Positions 1 to 16,283 of a DNA stretch of 64,000 bases are shown here, one piece after another (position 1 is the stretch's first letter; every line of letters begins with the position of its first letter). Made by a program: the position numbers and the translations under genes. The notes under the pieces were generated by a model that saw nothing but the letters and a program-made list of their open reading frames with translations, did no database searches and was not told the origin of the DNA. The stretch covers positions 171,218 to 235,217 of the forward strand of contig NIVC01000343.1 in assembly GCA_002269645.1 (NCBI GenBank), written 5' to 3'. The DNA comes from Macrostomum lignano (taxonomy: Eukaryota).

Positions 1-339
1 TGGGTCATAAATCATTGCTTTCGAGCTGGCCTGACAGCCACCTGCGCCTCACTCAATGCTGAGACTGGCGCCAGATGGTCCGAGAGGATGCGGGCGGTAG
101 CTTTTTTTCTCATCATTTTGACAGGCCATCAAGATTTATGAGGTCAGGGCCTATTGTTCGTGTTCACTCAAGCGTGTGACAGCTTTGACAGTTATGCGTT
201 TTACCCCTAAAAGTACGTTGGGATTAGCGATTAGCGATTTCTCTTCATTATCTTCAGTTTCTATTTAATAAGAGCTTTCTAATGTATATTTTTTTCATTA
301 ATTTTTGTCATTCCTACGCGAAAGGTCTTAAATCATTAT

Positions 340-1030
340 GATTTTGAGTGATTTATGACCGCACCTGCCGTATTTTTATGGCCCCGAGGGAACTGATAGG
401 ATCTTCTGGTCACGTGATTTTGAGTGGCAACAAGCTCAGCCAATTAGAAAATTCGACGTGCGTTATAACAAATCGGCTCAGCCAATCAGCGTCGAGGTGT
501 TACATTATAACAAATTGCGGTCCAGTTTGCGGCTATTTAAACTGGTGTTTTTGGCCCGCTCGGACTCAACCTCCTGCTCCGCCTCCTGGGACTTTGGCTT
601 AACTTAGAACTCCCCGAGCTCGACCGTCGTCTCTTGATCCCCGGATCGCGACTCCCCCATCATCATCAAGGACGAATCCCCCGGTCGTCAGCAGCGAACA
701 TCAAGATTAAGAACATCAAAGTGCTAAGCCCCCTCTACTCGGAAGCCCGATTTCGAAAGTTCCGGTTTGGTGAGCCAGGACGCACGGGCTGTATGGTGGC
801 AGCGGGTTAGTTAATCTGTGGATTAGCTGATCTATACCTTCAAAATTCTCCCTGCTTGTCTCTCGCTGTCCCTCTCTTAGCTATAGGACCTAGACTGCTC
901 GCCACAAGATCAAGCTACCATGGGGCTGACCATGTGACAGGAGTGGGGGCCAGGACTCTAATTTATTTATTTCTGAGACCTGAGGCCCGAAGGCTTCCCG
1001 AAAGGTGCCGAAAAGGCCGAAACCCATCAA
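340..1030 (+). mobile_element. LTR-like/promoter-like repeat fragment (unclassified)
   Basis: Duplicated GCTCAGCCAAT (CCAAT) boxes at ~434 and ~476, a duplicated TTATAACAAAT, and TATA-like GGCTATTTAAAC at ~531, followed by GC-rich transcribed-like sequence. No TSD or partner LTR found. Confidence 0.3.
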
Positions 1031-1072
1031 CTTTTTGATTATTTTATACGATAACTCGACACACTGCATGGA

Positions 1073-1139
1073 TAGGCAGGCAGGCAGGCAGGCAGGCAAG
1101 CAGGCAGGCAGGCAGGCAGGCAAGCAGCAGGCAGGCAGA
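1073..1139. repeat. (GCAG)n microsatellite
   Basis: Direct inspection. Confidence 0.95.
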
Positions 1140-1560
1140 GGCGTATACGGCGACTGCTACGTGCGTCTCGTCACCTTCGACTTCTCGGGACGATGATGGC
1201 GTCGCCTTCAAAGTGACGCGCAGCGTAACCAGCGACACCGGTCGGAATCCCACACCGTATGCGCTCAGGTACGATTGCAATGAAGAGAAAGTGCAGTGGG
1301 CGACAGGATATTACATGTATAAGGGTCATGGAAACCGAAAATGGTCAACTTCGTAGTGAACTCGGAGTCTGATGGAACTGGATGCATGGCGAGGCTGGAC
1401 AAGTCCGTGTAGCTAACACCGCTACACTGGAGACTGTCCAGGGTTACTGCAAGCACATTTTAACGTGCCAATAAGCCTCGATGAGTCGAAGAAGGCGAAG
1501 GCGAAGGATCGGGTGAAGGCGCGACGAATCGTTATGGGTCACGTCCAAGCTGCCGAAAAT

Positions 1561-2586
1561 TAGAGAGAGGCCGACTTCCGGAAACTGTGAAGAGTTTGAT
1601 CGAGTGGTGATCAGTCACTCGAAAACTCCCACTTCCAGACACTTAAGCCTGGGAACAAAGTCAATGATCACTTACTGTTGCGGGCTCCTCTTCTTTGTAG
1701 CGCGCGTCTGTAGAGCTCGTCTCCTTGAAGCTTCTTTCTTCTGAGTAGTCTTCTTGATTTCTAAAATCGGCCGAAAGTGAGAGCGTAACAATTAAATCGA
1801 CGTCGCAGTATTCCTCGAGTGCAGAAATCAATATCAACGATGCGCCCTAATAACAAAATCAACTTCTATAATAATACGAGGTCCTCCAAAAAGGGCGTCT
1901 TCTTCTAGAACTAACGGAATCGGAGTCGTGTGCTCCTATCGGTTAATCTAGGAAAAAATAAAATCAATAACTCGATAATCCTCTAAGTGTATCGGAATCG
2001 GTCCGCAGATCCTATCCTATCCCTTAGGAAAAGGGAGGCCTCAAACTCAATAGTCTCAATAAAATCAACTGAACATTAACGGCCGGCAATAACAATAGCT
2101 CTCAATAATCAAAATAACGAAGACTCGAACAAAGCTTACCAATCGGTGTTTATCTCTTCCTCAGAGATGTAGCCTCGTTTGGCTGCTCTTGCAAAGCCCA
2201 AGATCTTTGGAGGCTGCTCCGAGTCTGAGATTTCAGCTCAGATTTTGCGTTTGTTTTGATACACAATTTGTAAGCCTTGAGTCGACCTTGAGCTCAGAAC
2301 CGGTTTTTTGATGAGTTCATGAAAGGAATTTTATTATTTGACAGGTGGGGATTTGGAATAGAAAGGGGTGAGACTTGGGTCACATTCAGGTTAACATTTA
2401 CTATATTTGGAAGTTCTAAAATAGATGTCGAGAACCGTTTTTTCGGACAATAGCATAGTCACTCGCTGTTTGCGGGATATTAGTGGTATTACTAAAAATA
2501 GAGTATGACGCATAGCTATTTTTAAATTTGTGTTCATAATTTTATCTTACTACTTCTAGTTGGCTACCATGTTTGGAGATCTCTAC
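1561..2586. repeat. Dispersed ~1.0-kb repeat, copy A (inverted homologue of 16284-17341)
   Basis: Collinear blocks match the reverse complement of 16284-17341, e.g. AACTCCCACTTCCAGAC, TTACTAAAAATAGAGTATGACGCAT and GTTTGGAGATCTCTACA. Shared ends are TAGAGAG...CTCTACA. Identity is roughly 75-80% by eye. Confidence 0.85.
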
Positions 2587-2639
2587 AACTGGAACTCGCG
2601 CAAAAAACGCCTGCGCAGACGCCTGCGCATGCTCCGGTG

Positions 2640-3040
2640 CCCGGTATCCGGGGAAATCGGAGTCGAATTCCGGGTCGTGGAAAATTTATGGAACAATGAC
2701 CCGTTCTTTATTTAATTTTATACTACGTTGTTAAGCACAAGGTCCACTCATCCAGAACAAGAAATTCATCCGGATTCGTCTGCAGATCCGGTTCACTCGC
2801 CCCGAATTCACTCGGAACTGTCACCGGAATTTTTATAGTGATTCGGGTCTATTTTCCGGAATTTTTCATTCTGATCCGGAAAACTCGCCCGGATTCTGTA
2901 AACTTTCGTTACAGATCCGGAATTTCCACCGGGATCTGATCGTATTACCCGAATAGTAAAAAATTCTGGATGAACCCCAAAAAAGTCCGGATGAGATACC
3001 AGGTAAAAATTTCAACGGGAATTCTGACTGGTGAGGGGTT
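2640..3040 (-). mobile_element. Short derivative of the CCGG-rich TIR element at 57750-61362
   Basis: GTCGTGGAAAATTTATGGAACAATGACCCGTTCTTTATTTAATTT and CCCGGATTCTGTAAACTTTCGTTACAGATCCGGAATTTCCACC are reverse complements of ~58575-58620 and ~57835-57880. Confidence 0.8.
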
Positions 3041-3740
3041 TGGTGGTCCGGCCCCTTGGCTTGTTGAGCCCAGCCCAAACACAGTGCCAGGCTAAGTTTG
3101 TGCGTCCCAAGGCCTGGCAGTATCTACGTGTATAAAATACGATCAGGAGGAGCAGGAGCAGGAGGCCAAACCGACCACAGGTACCAGACGTGTACGCGGA
3201 CTAATTAAGTGTCGTTTATATTCTAATTAAGTAGTCCGTGCTGACGTGCACGGGTAAACATAACATTCTACATGGAATTCGTTCATTTTTAAAGCCTAGT
3301 TCAGTGTTCAAAATTACCAACATACAGTATATTATCCCGTCCACATCTTAAAATGCCGGAGTCTCAATGGTTTACTTTCGTTAGCTATCAGTGGGCTAGA
3401 AAACGTTTTTCTTCAATGAAAATTTTAAGATGGGCCCAGTACTTTAGATCCATTGCGGCATCTGTGTCAGCATACTGTAGAAATAAAATATTTACGTGAA
3501 AAGTCTTATGTCAACAACTGATGCAGCCCGAGAGGTATGACGCCATAAGCCTTAATTATACTCAAACTAGAATCCACAGTTTGCCCACATGTAGGGCATC
3601 GGGCCTGCATGTTTACCAGTTATGTACACAACACATGTAAGTAAATTCACACTCTCAGTATATATACAGGCCCTCCAGTGACTTGGCGCTGACAATATAA
3701 GCTTATTTCAAATTAGGTGGCCATTTTTCTTGCGACCAAA

Positions 3741-7460
<3,720 letters not shown>

Positions 7461-8460
7461 TGAATTCAATATGATGTGCGAGCTTAATTCATTTACGGAT
7501 TAAAAAAATAATTGAGCTAAATAGCTGCAAGCTGATATGATATATAGGACTAAAAATGGTTGACTGTCTTATGAGTTGTGGCTGCTTGACAGTTAAAACT
7601 AAGTAAGCGCTTCATATAGTAGCAATTCTCTTTCGTCCCCTTTTCTTCCACTAAGTTCTCTTTACCTCTAGAATACTAGATGGTCCTGGTCACATGATTC
7701 AAGTCAGGAAATCCAGACGTATGCAAGAGATGCCTCTGGCTTCTGCCGTGCATCTTCTATTGCCGGCTGACTGGCAAGCAGTTTGCCTCAAAACTACTTC
7801 TGCTATTGTTTTCAAACCAGTCTGTTCAAGCGTCAAAGGCTCTTCAGTTTTTTCTCGTATGCTTTCTCTAGGAATCAGGAATATTGAGCCGTGAGCCTTC
7901 CATTTTTTGGGATTCTCAGAGGCTCTTCATTTTCTCAGACGAGCTTTCCCTTACACAAGGATTGTCAAGTGCTAAACACTTGCGTTTTTTCATTTTAAAC
8001 GTGAGTAAACTCTAGTAGCCACAAAGATGGCGGCCTAAATGGGCACACGGCGTGTACAACGCACCCAAACAGCCCCCCCCCTTGCACTAAGTCGGTCAGC
8101 ACTTGCGGGCTCGTGCAAACCGATGCAATTTGGTATAGCTGTACTATTTGACTCCTATAGGTCGATTACGGGGAACTTTTCTACACTAAAGAAGACTTTC
8201 TTCATTCCAAGTTGAACACTGACATTCAAATTTCTGCCATTGGACGACGCGGCTCCCACATCTACAGGTATGACCTTGGTTTCGTAGCAACTATATTGAC
8301 ATCTCCGCATGGACAATATAAATCAGCCAGAAACCAATAAGAATTTTTCAGCGCTGTCTTTACTCAGTGACTTCTTGGCTATTTCCTAAATTCTAGTTTT
8401 GAAACCGGTTCTTTGAGGACGGAAGGATTCAGCAAAGAAAGAAGCAAAAAGACTGTAGCA

Positions 8461-11400
8461 ATGATCTTGCTATCGGTGATCCTTGCTCTGCTTCAGTGGG
8501 CTCTACACACTGCGATAGTAGCAGAGTAGGCTCTGGTCATTGTGAATGGAGTTCAGTTGAAATGTTTAGATAAATCTGGTGGACGGTACATCTTGTCTGA
8601 TCCATACGTGATTGTGAGAAAGGGCGACGAGGTGCTTTGTAAGACTCCTTACATCGAATGTGAGTATTTTGACGAATCACGAATGCATAATTACTGGTTT
8701 CAATAAATGTATGAATAATTTTTATTGTAGCTGGTGTAGCTACAGAATTTTTTACGAAGTAGAACGATTAATTGTAGACGAATTTAAGCTTTGTACTTCG
8801 GGTGTGTCATAAGTAATGTCGCTGATGTGAAAACAGACGAACTTGCAATCGCAGATGAACAAAACTGTATCAATCAACAACATAGTGTCCCCCAATATCA
8901 ATCACCTCTGGCAGTGCTCGTACAGCTTCTTCAGCTCAGCTTGCTGCTGTTTTTCCTCCAGCTGCCGGAACCAGTGCAACGCGGCCTGTTTGACCTCTTC
9001 ATGGTCTGCGAAACCCCTCTTGGAAAAGTCAGCCTTCAGCCATTTGAACAGAAATCTGTCGCACAATTTAAAGTCAGTCCGGGCTGTAGGGACTCTGCCA
9101 AAGCAGATTCACTCGCCGTCCAGCAGGAAAATCCTAAACAGTCGGATTTACAGATGTGCGGTCGTGCGTTGTCCATCTGCCACAACACCTCGTCCAGGTG
9201 AATTGGATTTGACCGGAGAGTGCACCAGAGATCCCCAGTGTGCCAGACAAAGTTGATAAAATACTGACCATCGACCTTGGTCTTTGGCGGATTTGTGCAG
9301 ATGGAGACTATAGTTTGTTTGACGTGAAGGCCACAAGCAGCATGGTCTTCTTGTCCGAGATGGACTTCTGGTCACGGTCGCCCAGGAGTCCCTAGCTCCC
9401 AGCCAGCAGCGATTGTCTGCCTTGCTGCCCTTGCCATCCAGGTAGACCCAGGCTTCATCCTCAATATAAACAGCTGGCAGTTTAGGATGTCATCCAAGCC
9501 CCGGCTGCTGATCACCTTGTGGATCTGCTTGGCGCAGGCGTCTTGTCGTGATTTATTCAAGGATTTTATTGTGATTTTCATTTGCTGCATAGACAAGTTG
9601 TTATCGCGTTGCGCTTGCTAAATGTAAATCTGCTAAACGAATTCTTGAATTAGGTTGGGCCATAAACATCCGAACTTCTTGAACTTTAGGTAGATAAAAA
9701 AGTTTAATTCAGTTTTGATAGAATCATAATTTTGTCTCTTCAGGGGTTTTTGATGGTGCTGATTCCAAATTTGAGCTTCATTTTTTCGTAGCTTAAAGCC
9801 AACCACCGGGGCATGGGGAATGGGGGGCTTTAGGGTTGGGACCCTCAGCATGGTGTCCCCCGATATCAATCACCTAACATCCTATGCACGTCTCAAATGC
9901 ACTGGCATTGTATCACTAATACATGTAAGTATACTTTGCAGCTGCAATACAAACAAGTGCATATGCTTACACACTTTAGACAGGGGCATGCAGTGACATT
10001 ATTTATGAGTTTATGACACACCCAAAGTAGAAAATTATACTTAAAATGAACAGCTAACTATAAATTTACTCAACCATGTCACAATGCCAGCTGGTCTTCC
10101 TCACCAATGAGCTGCAAATCGCACATTTTTATTACAGTACTAATGCGCCAAACTCTAAAATTTTAGACAAATGCGGCATATACGCGGCAATTTGGAATTA
10201 CAACTGCCCGATCAGTCCCGACTGGGAGTCCGGCAACTTCAGTGTTGCCGCCTATGATTTTGATTCTGGAAGCCCTGACCAGCTTATTGGCAACTGCACT
10301 GTGAGCAGCTACGTGAGCGGTTATCAGCAGTGCATACTAAAGAAGAGCGGCATGATCACTGGCTACGTCACCTTCTATCTGCAACGTGAGCTCTATACTT
10401 TTGTTTATGCATTAGGATTTAATATTGTATCTTTGATTAAATTTATATATAAATATACTAAAAACACATTTGCAGAAGCCCAATTGAGTTTCTACACAAT
10501 CAAAGTAGTATCAGCTACTGGCTTGCCACGACTGGATACAGGATTGGGAGACAACACCGATCCCTACGTACATGTCTCCCCTATGCCAGCCTGCGCCGAA
10601 CAGCTGATCCAGGAGACACCGACTGTCAGCAGTGAGCCAATGCTGCAATGCATAGACGCAATTTTGTCCGAAATCCCTACGTAAATCCCTGAATCCCTGA
10701 ATCCCTGAATCCTGACTGTTTGGGAAAAGTTGGGAAAAAACTTCCCTTGCAGAAAGTTTTTTAAAGATGACTTTTCGATAGTCTAAAAGCTTCTAAAGTT
10801 GTCTAGGATAGCAGGACGAATAAATACGATTAAATTGTTATAGAGTTGACAGCTGAAAATTTTTGTCACGTAAAAATGGCTGGAAAGCTATTGTGGGTAA
10901 TAAATTTCTCCGTAATATCAAGCTCTTACTCGTAGCATCAGTAGGATGCAGTGGTACGCTCGTACTTTTTAACTATGGATGTTCGGATGGTGACAATAGT
11001 CAGATCCCGTCCCGCCTGTCCCATCATCCGGATCCCAAAATTTTATCCGGTCCGAGCACTACAATGCTGTGCTTAAATTCCTGCTTAATAAAGATGAATA
11101 ATTGGAATTTAACCATTGACTTCTGAGTTGATTGATTGATTTAAGAAGACTGAAAGATTTACCCTACAGGAAGTCTACTATGTTTTTAATTAATATTCTC
11201 GAGTTTAATCCCCTATCTACATGGACACTCTACGATTTGTAGGCAATAACAACCCGAACTACAACTACATTCTGCCTATAAACTATCCTGGTGGATTCAT
11301 TCGATTTGAAGTGTTTCACGACTACGGAAGCCAGAACAAACGGCTCACTCTGGGATTCTGTGTCAAGAATCTGACTGTTGGCAGCAATCAACAGTGTGCT

Positions 11401-12139
11401 GTTAGCATTCGGGGGGTATTGAACTACTCGGTTGAAGAAGCTTCAGGTGAGAAATGAGAATTTTACTTGGCAAAGTATATACATGTTTTAAGCCGAAGCT
11501 AAGTCGAAGTACTACGAAATACTAATAGTCCTTTTTCAATTTATCCCATGCAGAAACTTTTAGAATCACTATACAGTCTGCAACCAACTTGGCGATTTTC
11601 TCCAGCGGAACCATAACGAGTCCGCTAGTAGCGGCTGCCACATATGATCCTAAGTGTGGCGGAAAATCCGAAATAATCAGAGGTCAGCTTACAGTCTTTT
11701 TACTAGTAGAAGCTCTTATATGGCGAAAGCGAAGATTTTTTCTCTTTGTTTTACCTGGGACTCAACTTTGTACGGTTTTTAGTTGCTTTTAGGCGATTTA
11801 GTGTGTCACGCCTCAGGAGCGAGAGGCTCAGAGAAGCCACCATGCATTGAGTTAATGTTTGATATTTTGATTGCAAGTGTAGGGTTTCCCTAATTCATAA
11901 AAGCAAAAACTGGCTAAGAGAATTGAGATTATCTGCTTCAGATACCCAGTATCCCAGCTGGAATGAAGTTCTGGATTCGATGTACTACCCGGGACAGCAG
12001 GTGAATCTGTCCGTTATCGATGACGACTTAATATCTGGCACAAGGGACACGCTAATTGGGTCCTGTATCGTGACTGAGCTGCAGCTGGGCTCTTTTACCT
12101 GCAATCTGGCCGGTCAAGGTGGCTTCACTTACATTGTGG
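8461..12139 (+). pseudogene. Triple-C2 paralogue 2, probable pseudogene (in-frame TAG at codon 23)
   Basis: Exons 8461-8659, 10167-10385, 10476-10631, 11243-11446, 11554-11682, 11942-12139. The internal exon sizes 219/156/204/129/198 match paralogue 3. TAG at 8527-8529 replaces the Ser of the AE-S-ALVIV motif. The other exons are open. Last exon not identified. Confidence 0.8.
8796..10027 (-). mobile_element. Decayed Tc1/mariner DNA transposon (~1.23 kb) in intron 1 of paralogue 2
   Basis: TIRs CTT(C/T)GGGTGTGTCATAA are flanked by TA at 8794-95 and 10028-29. Minus-strand frameshifted transposase motifs EDEAWVY, KKTMLLVAF, MDNARPH, PYSPD and CDRFLFKWLK...EEVKQAALHWF. Confidence 0.9.
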
Positions 12140-13725
12140 GTGAGTATAACTAATTAGGATGATTGGTGCTTTAAATATGCTAAAAGAGACTCAAAAAATA
12201 AAAAAATCGCTAAAAAACAGTGCAAATCGAACGTGTATCAAATTTCCAAATGTATTGACACACCTTGTCGTTTTGAAAATAGGAATATAAGGGAAATAAA
12301 AACGACGAAATATGATTTGTAAAACGATGTGCGCAGCCATTCGGTTCCTATCCGGCTTAGTACTTGGTCAGGTTACTTTGTACTACTGTAGAACTTTCAG
12401 CACATATTGACAATTACACATTGCGGAGCTGCTATAATTCAAGCTGCAGGTAGGTTTTTGGTAAGTTTAATATGCATTAAAGTAGACTTGCACTATGTAA
12501 GACTAACAACTATCATTTTTAAATTTGCATTTTGACCCACCGATTTAATACGTTTATCGAGTTGTATTTCAAATTTATATTTATTTCAAATAAAAATGTT
12601 ATTAATTTCTTATGCAATTATGCGATGTTTAGACCAGTATACTAATTCGAATTGTACAAAAATTAATGTTAAGAACAAGATGAAACTTATTCTCGATTAA
12701 ACCCTTTTTTCTTTTAATAACATAGTATGCTTGGAAAACTAGAAATGCACATTGATCCGCCCAAATGGAGGTCTTCCATTTTTAAATACATTTTGTATCC
12801 CACATTTACCTTCTTGTCAACACCAGACTCTAAGACTGAGAACTTGGCGTCACTTTATTATGCGATTCAAAAAAGGCTACTTCAGTTCAATGAATTCAAG
12901 CAGAAACGATATGTTACAAAAGAGTTGAGGGTTTGTTGTTGAAAACCAATGAAAACACGCCAATTGAAGCAGCTGGTAACTTTCACGCTACTTTATTAAA
13001 TAGTTTGTACCTACCTGTATCCGTCTCAGCTGCATCTCTAATTATCAAATACATTCGTATTTGTTTCGATCAAGCCTGGAGCGTACAGGCACCTCATACA
13101 TACAACAGACATTCGAGAAATTTAAAATCTTTAAATACGAAAAACTTTAAAATGATATACCAGTTAGATGGTGAGAATCAGGAGAATCAATTAGACGTTT
13201 TTCTGTCCTCCTTAAGTATTCCTGGCTCTCCTTCCCCAAAGGGAAATCCAGATGCATCCCCTGCTAAGAGTGGCCAATACCCTTGCACCCGTCGCTCATC
13301 TCGGGTGCCATCAGCAAACAGTAAAACTCAGAAAAATCGCAAGCTTAAACAATTTGGCGCTCATTTGTCATTGCTTGGAGAAATTGAAGCATCCGGAGCT
13401 GCGAATAAGATGAGGCTGCAAAGCTGTGGGGGGAGTAGGATATCATACAAACATGGGGAATTCCGACAACCTGCATGTGGCTACTTCTTCGGTTCACACA
13501 AACTGCAAGCCAAATCGTAAACATGTTTACTCTTTCCGTTGTTGAAGGTAGAAGAAAGCTGTCACGTGCATGAAAATCGATTCTTTTTGCTTAAGATAGG
13601 CAACTTCCATTTATTAGCAATCCATGGCATACAGTACCGCCATGCAGGCCAACCAATACTATTGAAAAGATGAATTTACGCAGAGCGCAGAGCGTCTTCT
13701 GAGGTAATAAACGTCAGCTGGTAAA

Positions 13726-14049
13726 CTATAGAGCCGGCAGCAGCAATAACTCAATACCAGGCGCAATCAACAGTGTTACGTTTCTTCCCGAGTTCTTGAT
13801 GATGTATCTAAATTTGAACTCGCTGCTCTGGAAGTAGCTAGTTAGTACCGTTGTACTACCTATCGATTTGCCTGTGAAAAACCTAAACGTTAGCCTTAGA
13901 CTTGGTAGGGTGCTGCCACCTTCGTTTGCGGACTCGACGCGTCGACTGAGTTGTCTATCCGTAACCTGAAATAAAATAACGAAGTCGCTCGGAGCAGGCA
14001 AATCTGAAAATGTCTCGACAGTTGATCGGATGATAGTTGCTGCTCGAAC
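13726..14049 (-). CDS. Possible orphan terminal exon (~107 aa, hydrophobic C-terminus)
   Basis: Stop-free frame preceded by three tandem TTT(T)CAG acceptor-like sites, all phase 0. It ends NSGRNVTLLIAPGIELLLLPAL-stop. Upstream exons not identified. Confidence 0.3.
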   Translation of the reverse strand, partial: VRAATIIRSTVETFSDLPAPSDFVILFQVTDRQLSRRVESANEGGSTLPSLRLTFRFFTGKSIGSTTVLTSYFQSSEFKFRYIIKNSGRNVTLLIAPGIELLLLPAL

Positions 14050-14299
14050 CTGAAAAACCTGAAAATCCTGAAATGAGAGAGGAGAGCTCGGAGGCAGAGA
14101 GATGTCTGACTGGTAACTAATTAATGTGGGGAGCACGAGAATTTCCCGCAGGAGATTTGCCCGCAGGAGATTTGCCCGCAGGAGATTTGCCCGCGAGCGA
14201 ATTGCCCGCCGAGTTTTTTCGCGCCGAGGTTTTCCCACAATTTTTTTTCCTATTGCTGTTGGGGATTGCCAAAATGTCAAGGCTTTTGTGGGGGTGAAC

Positions 14300-15480
14300 G
14301 CCAAGGCTCATGGGTGGAGTTGTTGAGATGCCAAGGCTCATGGGTGGAGTTGCAGAGATGCCAAGGCTCATGGGTGGAGTTGTTGAGATGCCAAGGCTCA
14401 TGGGGAAGTTGCAGAGATGCCAAGGCTCATGGGGGAGTTGCAGAGATGCCAAGGCTCATGGGGGAGTTGCTGAGATGCCAATGCTCATGGGTGGAATTGC
14501 TGAGATGCCAAGGCTCATGGGGGGAGTTGCAGAGATTCCAAGGCTCATGGGGGATTGCTGAGATGCCAATGCTCATTGGTGAATTGCTGAGATGCCAATG
14601 CTCATGGGTGGAGTTGCAGAGATGCCAAGGCTCATGGGTGGAGTTGTTGAGATGCCAAGGCTCATGGGGAAGTTGCAGAGATGCCAAGGCTCATGGGGGG
14701 AGTTGCAGAGATTCCAAGGCTCATGGGGGATTGCTGAGATGCCAATGCTCATTGGTGAATTGCTGAGATGCCAATGCTCATGGGTGGAGTTGCAGAGATG
14801 CCAAAGCTCATGGGGGAGTTTCAGAGATGCCAAGGCTCATGGGGAAGTTGCAGAGATGCCAAGGCTCATGGGTGAATTTCTGAGATACCAAGGCTCATGG
14901 GTGGAGTTGTTGAGATTCCAAGGCTCATGGGTGGAGTTGCAGAGATGCCAAGGCTCATGGGGAAGTTGCAGAGATGCCAAAGCTCATGGGTGAATTTCTG
15001 AGATACCAAGGCTCATGGGTGGAGTTGTTGAGATTCCAAGGCTCATGGGGGATTGCTGAGATGTCAATGCTCATTGGTGAATTGCTGAGACGCCAAGGCT
15101 CATGGGTGGAGTTGCTGAGACGCCAAGGCTCATGGGGGGAGTTTCAGAGATGCCAAGGCTCATGGGGGAATTGCTGAGATGCCAAGGCTCATGGGTGGAG
15201 TTGCTGAGACGCCAAGGCTCATGGGGGGAGTTTCAGAGATGCCAAGGCTCATGGGGGAATTGCTGAGATGCCAAGGCTCATGGGGGAATTGCTGAGATGC
15301 CAAGGCTCATGGGTGGAGTTGCTGAGACGCCAAGGCTCATGGGGGGAGTTTCAGAGATGCCAAGGCTCATGGGGGAATTGCTGAGATGCCAATGCTCATT
15401 GGTGAATTGCTGAGATGCCAAGGCTCATGGGAGGAGTTGCAGAGATGCCAAGGCTCATGGGGGAATTGCTGAGATGTCAA
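14300..15480. repeat. ~30-bp degenerate satellite (GAGATGCCAAGGCTCATGGGTGGAGTTGCT-like), ~40 copies
   Basis: Direct inspection. It generates the spurious overlapping ORFs in the track. Confidence 0.95.
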
Positions 15481-15536
15481 AATTCCTAAGATTTCAATTC
15501 TTTTGGGGGGCTTTCTAAGATGTCCAGGCTCGCGAG

Positions 15537-15800
15537 GTAAATTGCTAAGATGTCAATGGCTCTTTTGAGAAATTGCTAAGATGTCAATGGCTCTTTTGGG
15601 AAATTGCTAAGATGTCAATGGCTCTTTTGGGAAATTGCTAAGATGTCAATGGCTCTTTTGGGAAATTGCTAAGATGTCAATGGCTCTTTTGGGAAATTGC
15701 TAAGATGTCAATGGCTCTTTTGGGAAATTGCTAAGATGTCAATGGCTCTTTTGGGAAATTGCTAAGATGTCAATGGCTCTTTTGGGAAATTGCTTAGATG
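15537..15800. repeat. 31-bp tandem repeat (AAATTGCTAAGATGTCAATGGCTCTTTTGGG), ~8 copies
   Basis: Direct inspection. The unit is alignable to the adjacent 30-bp satellite. Confidence 0.95.
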
Positions 15801-16283
15801 TCAAGTGTCATGCGGGAATAGCTACAACAACAACATAACACGCAGTTAGCGTCACAGGGCGCGCTTCAAGGCCAGGTCCTATGATAAGGGGTACAACAGT
15901 TGATCAGATCCGGAACAACCCATAAAAGGGGGAGAAAGGGGAAAAGCAGACCCGAAGGACACATATGAAGGGGCTTAGTAGAGACCACAGAGTCCACGAA
16001 AGACCGCGTAGACAGCAGAGACCCGAAGGACCAATGGGAGGGTTGTTAAACAGCCAAGATACCTGCTGGTCAGTCTAAGCAAGCTTACAATCGGCCAAGT
16101 TAGTGACGGTTGAATTGTAGAAACTGGCCGTTAAGCAGAATTGATCGGATGCTTTTGGTGTCAGGGCGCAGTAGGTGGCCGCAATATCCTCTCGCTGCAA
16201 TGCCAGCCGGTGGACACGCCTGTACAGTACAGCGGCATGGAGACTACGACTGTTAAGCCGCACTCAGGCATACACTGGTCAAC

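Noticed and set aside
1039-1356. Stop-free plus-strand stretch (...YDCNEEKVQWATGYYMYKG...)
   Set aside because: No upstream start codon, no recognisable family and no clear splice pair; left uncalled.
12933-13520. 195-aa ORF
   Set aside because: TTG start, no motif and no convincing splice context.
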